NCBI GenBank assembly: GCA_035691305.1
Contig: DASSJF010000010.1
Span: 250-64,249, forward strand
Direction of reading: 5' to 3'
DNA from: a bacterium
Lineage (GTDB): Bacteria > Sysuimicrobiota > Sysuimicrobiia > Sysuimicrobiales > Segetimicrobiaceae
Length of the DNA: 64,000 nt
Positions 35,617-44,766 of this stretch are shown here, one piece after another (the stretch's first letter is position 1; the number at the start of each line of letters is the position of its first letter). The notes under the pieces were generated by a model, which made no database searches, was not told the origin of the DNA, and saw nothing but the letters and a program-made list of their open reading frames with translations. The position numbers were made by a program, and so were the translations under genes.

Positions 35617-35665
35617 TGATACGTTGATTTGTACGTATCATAAGAGACTGATTTGTTGATGTCAA
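35617..35665 (-). promoter_or_regulatory. Near-consensus sigma70-type promoter with overlapping 8-bp perfect inverted repeat (candidate autoregulatory operator)
   Basis: On the minus strand: TTGACA (35665-35660), 17 nt, TATGAT (35642-35637). Inverted repeat TGATACGT (35617-35624) N8 ACGTATCA (35633-35640) overlaps the -10/+1 region. SD GAGGG precedes the ATG at 35602. Confidence 0.6.
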
Positions 35666-35683
35666 CTACCGGCCGCGCCGGGA

Positions 35684-36268
35684 CTACGCGGGATGTTGGG
35701 TGAGCCAGGCCGCGGTCCGCCCGGCGTCCATGTTCGACGGGAAGACCGGATAGAAGACGTGCTCGATGCGGCCGTCCCGGATCACCATCGTCAGGCGTTT
35801 GATCAGCTCCGCGGGCTGGTTGCCGAAGGCCCACACGAACTCGAACGTGGGCAGGCGGAGCGCGCGCGTGAGCTCGAGGTCCTTGTCGCTCAGCAGCGCG
35901 AACGGCAGGTGGAGGCGCGTCACCGCCTCCTGCTGGTACCCGGTGGTCTGGGTGCTGAGGCCGAACACGCGGGTCCCCAGGCGCTCGAACTCCGCGTAGT
36001 GATCCCGGAACGCGCACGACTGCGGGGTGCAGCCCCGCGCCCCCGGAATTTGATCCCAGCCGTCGGGCACCGCCTGATCCGGCCGCCCGGTGCGTGGATA
36101 ACAGTACACCACCGTCCGCCCCTTCAGCGACGAGAGGTCGACCGTGCCGCCCGCGGTCGACGCCAGCGCGACGGGCGGCACGCGCATGCCGGAGAGATGC
36201 GCCGCGGCGCCGTCGTCCACCGGGACGGGCAGATCGGGCGGGAGATCCAGCGGATTACGGACCGACAT
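35684..36268 (-). CDS. Peroxiredoxin (BCP/AhpC-TSA family)
   Basis: I chose the ATG at 36268 (MSVRNPLDL...), preceded by GGAGGG. It avoids overlap with the upstream stop at 36283. Active site context GARGCTPQSCAFRD (CxxxxC as in BCP). Confidence 0.8.
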   Translation of the reverse strand: MSVRNPLDLPPDLPVPVDDGAAAHLSGMRVPPVALASTAGGTVDLSSLKGRTVVYCYPRTGRPDQAVPDGWDQIPGARGCTPQSCAFRDHYAEFERLGTRVFGLSTQTTGYQQEAVTRLHLPFALLSDKDLELTRALRLPTFEFVWAFGNQPAELIKRLTMVIRDGRIEHVFYPVFPSNMDAGRTAAWLTQHPA

Positions 36269-36282
36269 GCGATACCCTCCGT

Positions 36283-37650
36283 CTAGCGTCGTTGGCCTTC
36301 GACGTCCGTCAGGCACTCGTCGAGTATCGCGAGCGCCCGGTCCAACTCGTCGTTCGTGACCGTGAGCGGCGGCGCCAGCGTGATGATGCTGCCCATCGTG
36401 AGCTTGAAGCTCAGCCCGCGCGACAGCGCCGCGTACATGACGGCGTCGGCCGCCTCCGCCGCCGGGGCGCGGGAGCCGCGATCGGCGACGAGCTCGACGC
36501 CGGCGAGAAGCCCGAGCGCGCGGACGTCACCCACGAGCGGATGCCGCGTCCGGAGGCCCTCGAGGCCCCGGAGCAGATACTGCCCGTGCTCGCGCGACCG
36601 GGCGAGCAGTCCGTGTTCTTCAATATAATCCAGCGTCGCCAGGCCCGCGGCGCAGAGCACCGGGTTCTTCTCGTGGGTGTAGTGCCCGAGCGCTCGGTCC
36701 GCGGCGACGTCGAGGCCTTCCCGGGCGATCAGCGCCGCCAGCGGCAGGACCCCGCCGCCCAGCCCCTTGCCGATGACGAGCATGTCCGGGACGACGCCGA
36801 ACTGCTCGCAGACGAACATCGTGCCGGTTCGGCCGAGGGCCGTCGGAATCTCGTCCAGGATCAGGAGCGTCCCATGGCGGTCGCAGGCCCGCCTGACCGT
36901 CCGCCAGAAGTCGGGGTGCGGGACGACCGGCGTCGCGCGGACGGTCTCCGCGACGACGGCGGCGACGTCGCCCTCTCGCTCGAGCACGTACTCGACGTAC
37001 GACGCGCACTTGAGGTCGCACCCGCCGCGGGTATGGCAGTCCCAGACGCAGCGGTAGGGGTCGGGGGGCGGCACATGTTCGGCGCCGGGGAGCAGCGGCC
37101 CGGCGCCTTCGCGGAAGATGCGCTCGCCGCCGATCGAGATCGCGTCAAGCGATGCGCCGTGGAACGACTCCCACATCGAGATCGTCTTGTGGCGCCCCGT
37201 CGCGGCGCGCGCCAGCTTGAGCGCCATCCCGACGGCGCCCGTGCCGCTCGGACAGAACAGCACTTTGTTGAGGTCGCCGGGCGCGAGCTGAGCGAGCCGG
37301 CGCGCCAGGGCGACCGCGGTCCGGTTGGTGTAGCGGCGTGTGCAGAACGACAGCTCGTCGAGCTGCGTCTTGATCGCGGCGGCAACGGCGGGGTTGGCGA
37401 ATCCGACCTGGTGGACGTAGTTGCCGTGGAAATCGAGGAACCGCCGACCCCGCAGATCTTCGATCACGGCGCCTCCGCAGGCGCGCAGCGCGTCGAGGCA
37501 GGGCGTGGAGAGGGACTGGTGCAGGAAGTACTTCGCGTCTTCGTCGAGGAGCGCGCGGGTCCCGGCGTCGAGATGCTCCGCCTGCCAGCGGCCGCGCCGG
37601 GGCGAGAGATTGAGGTCGCCCTCGGACCCCAGACGGGCAAGATCGCTCAT
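36283..37650 (-). CDS. Class III aminotransferase family PLP enzyme
   Basis: I chose the ATG at 37650 (MSDLARLG...). 455 aa. FLDFHGNYVHQVGFANPAV, FCPSGTGAVGMALKLAR, LDEIPTALGRTGTMF and VIGKGLGGGVLP (PLP lysine). Confidence 0.85.
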   Translation of the reverse strand: MSDLARLGSEGDLNLSPRRGRWQAEHLDAGTRALLDEDAKYFLHQSLSTPCLDALRACGGAVIEDLRGRRFLDFHGNYVHQVGFANPAVAAAIKTQLDELSFCTRRYTNRTAVALARRLAQLAPGDLNKVLFCPSGTGAVGMALKLARAATGRHKTISMWESFHGASLDAISIGGERIFREGAGPLLPGAEHVPPPDPYRCVWDCHTRGGCDLKCASYVEYVLEREGDVAAVVAETVRATPVVPHPDFWRTVRRACDRHGTLLILDEIPTALGRTGTMFVCEQFGVVPDMLVIGKGLGGGVLPLAALIAREGLDVAADRALGHYTHEKNPVLCAAGLATLDYIEEHGLLARSREHGQYLLRGLEGLRTRHPLVGDVRALGLLAGVELVADRGSRAPAAEAADAVMYAALSRGLSFKLTMGSIITLAPPLTVTNDELDRALAILDECLTDVEGQRR

Positions 37651-37744
37651 CGTTCGCACCCCCGGTATCCGGCTCCGCGCCGCGTACTTCTGCGCGGTCG
37701 CACGCCGCTCATGCCGAACAGGACCCGACCCGGCGCGGCGCCAA

Positions 37745-39472
37745 GTGCAGGCCGTGCCTGATTCGGCTTCCCGGCGGGACTGCCGCGCGCGTCTCGAGTC
37801 GACGTCCTTCGACGTCCTCGTGATCGGCGGGGGAATCACGGGCGCGGGCGTGGCCCTTGACGCCGCGGCCCGCGGCCTGTCCGCGGCGCTCGTCGACCAG
37901 GGGGACTTTGCCTCCGGCACCAGCAGCCGCTCGACGAAGCTCGTGCACGGGGGCCTGCGCTACCTGCCGCTCGGCGACATCCATCAGGTCCGGGAAGACC
38001 TCGCCGAGCGGGCGCACCTGCTCCGCAACGCGCCGCATCTCGTTCGGCCGCTGCCGTTCGTGCTGCCGCTCTACGCCGGCGCGCGCCGGCCGCTCGGCGT
38101 CGCCCTGCCCGGGCCGCTGCGCCGGGCGGCGCCGCTAGGGGTGTCGGTAGGGCTGTGGGCATACGATGTGCTGGCCGGCGGCCGCGCCGTTCGTCGCCAC
38201 CGCACGCTGCCGGCCGCCGCGGCGCGGAGTCTGTTCCCGGCGATGCGCCTCGACGGTCTTCGCCGCGCGTACCTCTACTACGACGCCGGCACCGACGACG
38301 CGCGGCTCGTCATCGCGGTGCTGCGCGCCGCGCAGGCGCGCGGCACCGCAGCGCTCAACTACGCGCGCGCCGTCGAGCTGATTTGTCGCGACGGGCGGAT
38401 CGCGGGCGCGAGGATCGTGGACGTTCAGAGCGGCCGGACCTTCTCGGTTTCCGCGCGTACGACGGTCAACGCGGCCGGCGTGTGGGCGGACGAGGTGGCG
38501 GCCCTCGCGGGCCCGCCGCGGTTTCACCTGCGGCGGGCCAAGGGCGTACACTTGGTGGTGCGCGCGGACCGGCTCCGGCTCGGCCGCGCCGCGCTCGTCC
38601 TGCCGGAAACGGACGACGGGCGCGTCGCGTTCGTGGTGCCCTGGCAGGGCGCCGCGCTCATCGGAACGACCGACACCGAATGGCCCGGCCCGCCCGAACC
38701 GCGTCCCGCGGCCGCCGCGTCCGACGTGTCGTACCTGCTCGACCACGCCGGCCGGTTTCTCACAACGCGTCCGGCCGAGACGGACGTGCTCAGCGCCTAC
38801 GCCGGGTTCCGGCCGCTGCTGACCGCGGGGGACGCCGCCTCCACAGCGCGGTTGTCGCGCCGCCACGCGATCTTCGCCGGCCCGCCGGGGTTCGTCACGA
38901 TTACCGGCGGCAAGCTGACGACATACCGGCGCATGGCCGAAGAGACGATGAACCGCGTCCTCGGTCTGCCGGCCGGCGCGCCGTCCCCCACGTGCAATCT
39001 GCCGCTCGACGGCGCCGCGGATCTGATGCGCGCGATCCCGCCGCTGCGCGCCCGCGCCCGCCGCGACGGCGTGCGCGGCAGCACGCTGCGGCATCTCGTG
39101 CGCGCGTACGGCACGCGAGCGGCGCGCGCGCTCGACCTGATCGAGGAGACGCCGGCGCTCGCGGCGCCGATCGCGGCCGGCCATCCGCACGTCGCCGCCG
39201 AGGTCGAGCTGGCGGTGCGCGAGGAGATGGCCGTCACGGTCGAAGACGTGCTGCTGCGAAGGACGCGGCTCGGGCATCTCCTGCCCGATCAGGGCGGCGC
39301 CGCAGCCCCGGTTGTCGCGTCGTTGATGGCCGCCGCGCTGGGCTGGTCTCCGGAGGAGGCAGCCCGGCAGGTCGACGTCTACCGCCGCGCGGCCGCTGCG
39401 CTCGCGCCGCCCGCCGCGCCGGACGGCGGGACCGTTCGCGGACCGCGTCAGGAGACCCCGGCGCCGCCGTAG
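37745..39472 (+). CDS. glpD: FAD-dependent glycerol-3-phosphate dehydrogenase/oxidase
   Basis: FDVLVIGGGITGAGVALDAAARGLSAALVDQGDFASGTSSRSTKLVHGGLRYL is the GlpD N-terminal signature. The start is uncertain (GTG 37745 or 37754); the ORF-track start 37421 overlaps the divergent gene. Confidence 0.8.
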   Translation: MQAVPDSASRRDCRARLESTSFDVLVIGGGITGAGVALDAAARGLSAALVDQGDFASGTSSRSTKLVHGGLRYLPLGDIHQVREDLAERAHLLRNAPHLVRPLPFVLPLYAGARRPLGVALPGPLRRAAPLGVSVGLWAYDVLAGGRAVRRHRTLPAAAARSLFPAMRLDGLRRAYLYYDAGTDDARLVIAVLRAAQARGTAALNYARAVELICRDGRIAGARIVDVQSGRTFSVSARTTVNAAGVWADEVAALAGPPRFHLRRAKGVHLVVRADRLRLGRAALVLPETDDGRVAFVVPWQGAALIGTTDTEWPGPPEPRPAAAASDVSYLLDHAGRFLTTRPAETDVLSAYAGFRPLLTAGDAASTARLSRRHAIFAGPPGFVTITGGKLTTYRRMAEETMNRVLGLPAGAPSPTCNLPLDGAADLMRAIPPLRARARRDGVRGSTLRHLVRAYGTRAARALDLIEETPALAAPIAAGHPHVAAEVELAVREEMAVTVEDVLLRRTRLGHLLPDQGGAAAPVVASLMAAALGWSPEEAARQVDVYRRAAAALAPPAAPDGGTVRGPRQETPAPP

Positions 39473-39483
39473 AAGGCTACGAC

Positions 39484-40101
39484 ATGGTGCTCCGGCTATT
39501 TTCCCGCGAAGAAGGTTTCTTCGTGCTCTTCAACCGAGCCGCGGAAAACATCCTGCATTCGGCGATGCTGTTGCGCGATCTCTTCGACGATTACCGGGAC
39601 GTCGAAGCCCGGTCGGCGGCCATCAAGGCGCTCGAGGACCAGGGCGACGAGATTACCCACGAGATCATCGCGCGGCTGAACCGGACGTTCGTGACCCCCT
39701 TCGACCGCGAGGACATTTACGAGCTCGCCCGGCAGCTCGACAACGTGGTCGATTGGATCGAGGCCGCGTCGGCGCGGATGGTCGTCTACCGGATCGCGCG
39801 GCCGACCCGCGAAGGACAAGAGATGACCCACATCATCGTCAACGCGGCCGAAGCGATCGTGGAAGCGGTCGGCCACCTTCGGTCGCTCGACAAGATCGCC
39901 GGGCCCGTCCGTGAGATCAACCGGTTGGAGAACTTGGCGGACCACGTGCAGCGCGACGCGGTCGCGGCGCTGTTCGCGAGCACCGCGAGCGCCATCGACA
40001 TCATGAAGTGGAAGGAGATCTACGAGACGCTCGAGGAGGCGACGGATCAGGCCGAGGACGTCGCGAACGTCCTCGAGACGATCAGGACGAAGCAGGCGTA
40101 G
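39484..40101 (+). CDS. DUF47 family protein (PhoU-like, YkaA/Pit-accessory type)
   Basis: ATG at 39484 in the frame of ORF 38155..40101. 205 aa. FF.LF...A.NI......L..L, EDQGDEITHEII..L...FVTPFDREDI..L....D.V.D and KEIYE.LE...D...DVAN are DUF47 patterns. Confidence 0.8.
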   Translation: MVLRLFSREEGFFVLFNRAAENILHSAMLLRDLFDDYRDVEARSAAIKALEDQGDEITHEIIARLNRTFVTPFDREDIYELARQLDNVVDWIEAASARMVVYRIARPTREGQEMTHIIVNAAEAIVEAVGHLRSLDKIAGPVREINRLENLADHVQRDAVAALFASTASAIDIMKWKEIYETLEEATDQAEDVANVLETIRTKQA

Positions 40102-40271
40102 CGCACTCGGTCGCCGGCGCCGCCTGCATCAACTCTCCCAGGTCGATTGTCGCGCGCTGTACAGGTGCATCTGGGCTCGCGCCTCGAGGTACAGGCCGAC
40201 CGCGTCGGAGTCAGCGGCGCGCAGCGATTGCGTGACGTTGGATGGGTTCCGTGCTATGCTCGTTGCGAATC

Positions 40272-40997
40272 ATGTTGACGCACGACGCCGCCGGCGCACG
40301 CCGGGGTCAGAAGCCGCGAATTCTCGTCGTGGATGACGAGCGCGCGATCGTCGAATCGCTGCGCTACGCGCTGGAAAAGGAAGGCTACGACGTGCTCGAG
40401 GCCGGCGAGGGCGGCGAGGCGTTGGATCTCGCGCGCCGGGCGTCGCCCGACCTCGTGCTCCTCGATATCATGCTGCCGGGCATGAGCGGCTTCGAGGTCT
40501 GCCGCGTCCTCCGTCAGGAATCCGCGGTGCCGATCCTCATGCTCACCGCCCGCGGCGACGAGCCCGACCGCGTGGTCGGCCTCGATCTCGGCGCCGACGA
40601 TTACATCACGAAGCCCTTCAGCCTTCGCGAAGCGCTCGCGCGCGTCCGCGCGGCGCTTCGCCGTGCGCAGACGACGGCGCGCGGGGTGCGCGATCGCGAA
40701 GAGCTGCTCTCCGTGGGCGAGATCGCGATGGATGTCGCGCGCCACGAGGCGACCGTGCGCGGACGGCCGATGGCCCTGCCGCCGCGCCAGTTCGATCTAC
40801 TGCGGGCCTTCCTCGCCAACCCGGGCCGCGTGCTGACCCGCGCAGCACTGCTGCAGCACGTGTGGGGGTACGACTTCACCGGCGACGATCGGACGGTGGA
40901 CGTCCACGTGCGGTGGCTCCGGCAGAAGCTGCAGGAGGCCGGCGCGGAGACGACCATCGAGACCGTCCGGGGAGTAGGCTACAAACTCGGGGCATAG
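40272..40997 (+). CDS. phoP: OmpR/PhoB-family response regulator (PhoP/PhoB-like)
   Basis: Receiver domain: ILVVDDE, DLVLLDIMLPGMSG, ILMLTARGDEPDRVVGLDLGADDYITKPF. Winged-helix output: TVDVHVRWLRQKL. The start could be 40242 or 40272. The Pho assignment rests on adjacency to pstSCAB-phoU. Confidence 0.8.
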   Translation: MLTHDAAGARRGQKPRILVVDDERAIVESLRYALEKEGYDVLEAGEGGEALDLARRASPDLVLLDIMLPGMSGFEVCRVLRQESAVPILMLTARGDEPDRVVGLDLGADDYITKPFSLREALARVRAALRRAQTTARGVRDREELLSVGEIAMDVARHEATVRGRPMALPPRQFDLLRAFLANPGRVLTRAALLQHVWGYDFTGDDRTVDVHVRWLRQKLQEAGAETTIETVRGVGYKLGA

Positions 40998-40998
40998 C

Positions 40999-42405
40999 AT
41001 GCGCCTCCACCGCGCGGTGATGGCGGCGCTGGCCCTGTACGCGTTGGTCATCCTCGGCGCCGCCGCGGCCCTGCTCGCCGCGGCCGGCCGGCCCGGCCGG
41101 TTTCCCGATCTCCTGCTGCCGCTCGCGGCGACGCTGCTCGTCGCGGCCGCCTCCGCGGTGCTCATCGCCGGTCGCGCCGCCAACGGCTTGGGCCGGCCGC
41201 TGCGTGATCTTGCCGCCGCCGCGTGGTCGGGGGTCGAGGGCCGGCTGCGGCCGGCGCGCGAACCGTCCGCCGGAGCGTCCTTCGAGGAGATCCGCGAGGC
41301 GATCGCCGCCTACAACGCCCTGGTGCTCGAGGCGACCCATACGATCGCCGCGCTGGAATTCCGAAAGTTCACGCTTGAATCGGTGCTCGCCCACATGAGC
41401 GACGGCCTGCTCGTCCTCGACGCGCAGGGCCTGCTGACGCTTGTGAACCCTGCGGCGGAGCGCTTTTTCGGCGTCGTTGCGCCGTTCGTCATCGGCCACC
41501 GTCTCATCGAGGTCTTGCGGCATTTCGAACTCGACGCGCTCGTCCGCCGGGCCGAGCGCGAACGGGCCCCGTATAGCCGCGAGATCGAACTGCACCATCC
41601 TGCACGCCGTCTGCTCATGATCCGGGCCAATCCGGTCTCGGGGCCGCGCGGCGAATTCCTCGGCGTCGTCGTCGTGGCCCAGGACGTCACCGAGCGGCGC
41701 CACACCGACCTCGTACGCCGCGAGTTCGTCGCGAACGTCTCCCACGAGCTGCGGACGCCGCTCACCTCGGTTCGGGCGCTCGCGGAGGCGCTGGCCGGAG
41801 GCGCCGCCAAGGATCCCGAGGTGGGGCCGCGCTTCCTCGAGCGCGTCATCGAAGAGATCGACCGCCTGACGCTGCTCGTCAACGACCTGCTCGACCTGTC
41901 GGCGATCGAAAGCGGGAGCGCCAAACTCGAGATGGAAGCGGTCGCGCTCGGTGAGGTGATCGAGGACGTCGTGACGAAATTGCGCCCGATGGCCGACCGG
42001 CGCCGGATTGTGCTCCGCGGCAACGGCGCGGGCGGGGAGCTCGGGCAGCTCCGTGCGTGGGCCGACAGGGCCCGCATCACCCAGGCGGTCGCCAACCTCG
42101 TCGAGAACGCGATCAAGTACACGCCGGACGGCGGCACCGTCACGGTCGAGGGCGAGCCTCGGGATGGGATGGTGGCGGTCTCGGTGGCGGACACCGGCAT
42201 CGGCATCGCGCCGGAGCACCTGCCCCGCATCTTCGAGCGATTCTACCGCGTCGACCGGTCCCGGTCGCGCACGCTCGGCGGCACCGGGCTCGGTCTCAGC
42301 ATCGTGAAGCACATCGCTACGTCGCACGGGGGCGACGTGGAGGTGAACAGCGTCGAAGGGGAGGGCACACGGTTCTCCCTGCTGCTGCCGCGGGCGCCGG
42401 ACTGA
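40999..42405 (+). CDS. phoR: Sensor histidine kinase (PhoR-like)
   Basis: 468 aa. N-terminal TM helices, a PAS-like segment, H box SHELRTPLTSV, N box NLVENAIKYT, G boxes DTGIGI and GGTGLGLSIV. Confidence 0.85.
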   Translation: MRLHRAVMAALALYALVILGAAAALLAAAGRPGRFPDLLLPLAATLLVAAASAVLIAGRAANGLGRPLRDLAAAAWSGVEGRLRPAREPSAGASFEEIREAIAAYNALVLEATHTIAALEFRKFTLESVLAHMSDGLLVLDAQGLLTLVNPAAERFFGVVAPFVIGHRLIEVLRHFELDALVRRAERERAPYSREIELHHPARRLLMIRANPVSGPRGEFLGVVVVAQDVTERRHTDLVRREFVANVSHELRTPLTSVRALAEALAGGAAKDPEVGPRFLERVIEEIDRLTLLVNDLLDLSAIESGSAKLEMEAVALGEVIEDVVTKLRPMADRRRIVLRGNGAGGELGQLRAWADRARITQAVANLVENAIKYTPDGGTVTVEGEPRDGMVAVSVADTGIGIAPEHLPRIFERFYRVDRSRSRTLGGTGLGLSIVKHIATSHGGDVEVNSVEGEGTRFSLLLPRAPD

Positions 42406-42584
42406 CGGAGCGCGCCGGCGGCACCGCCCGGCCCCAGACTTTCGGGTCTCTTTCGCAGTCCGCTTCCCCAACGATCATACTCGCCTCGGCGCGCGCCGCG
42501 GTGCCGCTCGACCGGATCAACCACATCATCGCGATCTATGGACAAGAACTCGGGCGGCGCGCCGGGGAGTCCCGCTGGCTCATC

Positions 42585-42651
42585 GTTAACGCGTTCTTAA
42601 CGATCCGTTAATGGGTATCGGGCCGCAGGATTAATAAACCCACGTTATGCT
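42585..42651 (+). promoter_or_regulatory. Pho-box-like direct repeats plus -10 element upstream of pstS
   Basis: GTTAAC (42585), CTTAAC (42596) and GTTAAT (42607) are spaced exactly 11 bp apart. A fourth ATTAAT lies at 42630, then 10 nt, then TATGCT (42646-42651). This is an AT-rich island in a GC-rich background. pstS starts at 42688 with SD GGGGGA. Confidence 0.55.
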
Positions 42652-42687
42652 CCACTCTGAACAACACGACCACACAAGGGGGATTCG

Positions 42688-43776
42688 ATGAGAACAGCTC
42701 CAATCGTACGGTCCGTGCTGGCAGCCGCGGTGATTTGCGCCCTCGTCGTGGGGACGAGCTCGGCGCTGCGGCCGGCGCGCGGCGCCGGCATCATCACGCT
42801 GAACGGCGCGGGCGCCACGTTCCCGTACCCGATCTACTCGCGGTGGTTCTCGGAGTACAACCGCGCGCATCCGGACGTGCGGATCAATTATCAGTCGATC
42901 GGCAGCGGCGGCGGGATCGAGCAGGTCAAGAACCGCACGGTGGACTTCGGCGCATCCGACGCGCCGCTCTCCGACGAGCAACTGAAGGTCATGGGCCGCC
43001 CGGTTCTCCTGATGCCGACCGTCGCGGGCGCGATCGCGATGAGCTACAACGTCCCGAACGTCGGGACCGGCCTGCGCCTCACGCCGCAGAACATCGCGGC
43101 GCTCTACATGGGGCAGATTGCCAAGTGGAACGACCCGAAGCTCACGGCCGACAACCCCGGCACGAAGCTGCCGGACATGCCTATCACCGTCGTGCACCGG
43201 TCGGACGGCAGCGGCACGACGTTCCACTTCACGTCGTTCCTCTCACTGGTCAGCCCCGAGTGGTCGAACAAGATCGGCCACAGCACCTCGGTCGAGTGGC
43301 CCGTGGGGATCGGCGGCAAGGGAAACGAGGGGGTCGCGGGCACGATCAAGCAGACCCCGGGCGCCATCGGCTACGTCGAGCTGGCGTACGTTAAGCAGAA
43401 CAACCTCACCTATGCCCTCGTCAAGAACCGTGACGGCCACTGGGTTGCTCCCTCGCTCGGCGCGACTGTGCTGGCTGCCGCGGGCGGGGCCGCGCAGATG
43501 GTGCGCACCCACGACGTCCGCGTGTCCATCTCGTACGCACCGGGAGCGACGAACTATCCGATCGCCGGGTTTACTTACCTGCTGATCCCGCAGGAGCAGA
43601 CCGACGCGGTGAAGGGCAAGGCGTTCGTCGACTTCTTGTGGTGGGCGGTCCACGACGGTGAAAAGGACGCCGCGCCGCTGCTGTACGCGCAGGCGCCGCC
43701 CGCGGTGGTTAAGATCGACGAAGGGATCATCAGGCAGGTCACGTCCCAGGGCAGGGCGCTGCTCGTCACGCAGTAA
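42688..43776 (+). CDS. pstS: Phosphate ABC transporter substrate-binding protein
   Basis: 362 aa. Signal peptide, then GAGATFPYPIYSRWFSEY, INYQSIGSGGGI, GASDAPLSDE, HRSDGSGTTF and PGAIGYVELAY. Confidence 0.95.
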   Translation: MRTAPIVRSVLAAAVICALVVGTSSALRPARGAGIITLNGAGATFPYPIYSRWFSEYNRAHPDVRINYQSIGSGGGIEQVKNRTVDFGASDAPLSDEQLKVMGRPVLLMPTVAGAIAMSYNVPNVGTGLRLTPQNIAALYMGQIAKWNDPKLTADNPGTKLPDMPITVVHRSDGSGTTFHFTSFLSLVSPEWSNKIGHSTSVEWPVGIGGKGNEGVAGTIKQTPGAIGYVELAYVKQNNLTYALVKNRDGHWVAPSLGATVLAAAGGAAQMVRTHDVRVSISYAPGATNYPIAGFTYLLIPQEQTDAVKGKAFVDFLWWAVHDGEKDAAPLLYAQAPPAVVKIDEGIIRQVTSQGRALLVTQ

Positions 43777-43785
43777 CCGTCGTTC

Positions 43786-44766
43786 ATGTCTTACGCAGTC
43801 CCGGCCGGGAGAGGAGTACCGCCCCTCCCGGCCTTGTCTCGGACCCGGGGCGGCCGCGGGAGCGACCTGGTATTTCGCGGCCTGCTGACCGTCTTTGGCG
43901 CGAGCGTGATCGTGCTGGTCGCGGCGATCGCGTTCGTCCTCGTCGGCGACGCGATGCCGGCGATCAAACGCTTCGGGCCCGCGTTTCTCTGGACGTCGCG
44001 CTGGGACCCCGTGCACAACGTCTTCGGGGCGCTGCCGTTCGTCTTCGGTACGATCGCGTCCTCGGCGCTGGCGCTCATCATCGCGGTGCCGATCAGCCTC
44101 GCCGTCGCGGTCTACCTCGTCGAGATCGCGCCGCACCCGACCGCGGTCGCGCTGTCGTTCATCGTCGAGCTCCTGGCCGCGATTCCGAGCGTCATCCTGG
44201 GCCTGTGGGGCGTGTTCGTTCTTGCGCCGTGGGTGCGGTCCGCCGTGGAGCCGGCACTGGCGCGGACACTCGGCTGGTTGCCGCTGTTCAGCGGGCCCCA
44301 GTACGGGTTCGGGCTGCTCGCGTCGGGCATCATCCTCGCGATCATGATCATTCCGATCGTTTCTTCCGTCTCGCGCGACGTGCTGCGCGCCGTGCCGCAG
44401 GAGCAGCGGGAGGCGATGTACGCGCTCGGCGCGACCCGGTGGGAGGCGATCAGCCGCGCCGTCGTGCCGTACGGCCGGGTCGGCATCATCGGCGGTATCA
44501 TCCTCGGCCTCGGGCGCGCGCTTGGCGAGACGATGGCGGTGACCATGGTCATCGGCAACCGCCCGCAGATCCCGACCTCCCTGTTCCAGCCGGCCTATAC
44601 GATCGCGGCCGTGCTGGCGAACGAATTCACGGAGGCGACCAGCGATCTTTACCTGTCGGCGCTGATCGAGATGGCCTTGGTGCTCTTCGCGGTCTCCTTG
44701 ATCGTGAACGCGCTGGCCCGGTGGCTGGTAACGCGCGTGACGGCCGGTTCGAGGATAGGCTTGTGA
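43786..44766 (+). CDS. pstC: Phosphate ABC transporter permease PstC
   Basis: 326 aa. FGALPFVFGTI, and EAA loop EQREAMYALGATRWEAISRAVVP. Confidence 0.9.
   Translation: MSYAVPAGRGVPPLPALSRTRGGRGSDLVFRGLLTVFGASVIVLVAAIAFVLVGDAMPAIKRFGPAFLWTSRWDPVHNVFGALPFVFGTIASSALALIIAVPISLAVAVYLVEIAPHPTAVALSFIVELLAAIPSVILGLWGVFVLAPWVRSAVEPALARTLGWLPLFSGPQYGFGLLASGIILAIMIIPIVSSVSRDVLRAVPQEQREAMYALGATRWEAISRAVVPYGRVGIIGGIILGLGRALGETMAVTMVIGNRPQIPTSLFQPAYTIAAVLANEFTEATSDLYLSALIEMALVLFAVSLIVNALARWLVTRVTAGSRIGL

Noticed and set aside
35684-36316. Peroxiredoxin start at 36316
   Set aside because: It would overlap the upstream aminotransferase 3' end by 34 nt. The ATG at 36268 has a GGAGGG SD and leaves a clean 14-nt gap.
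40242-40271. Response regulator start at 40242
   Set aside because: An extended -10 (TGCTATGCT, 40252-40260) lies downstream of that ATG. The ATG at 40272 gives a normal-length receiver N-terminus. The evidence is weak, so both starts remain possible.
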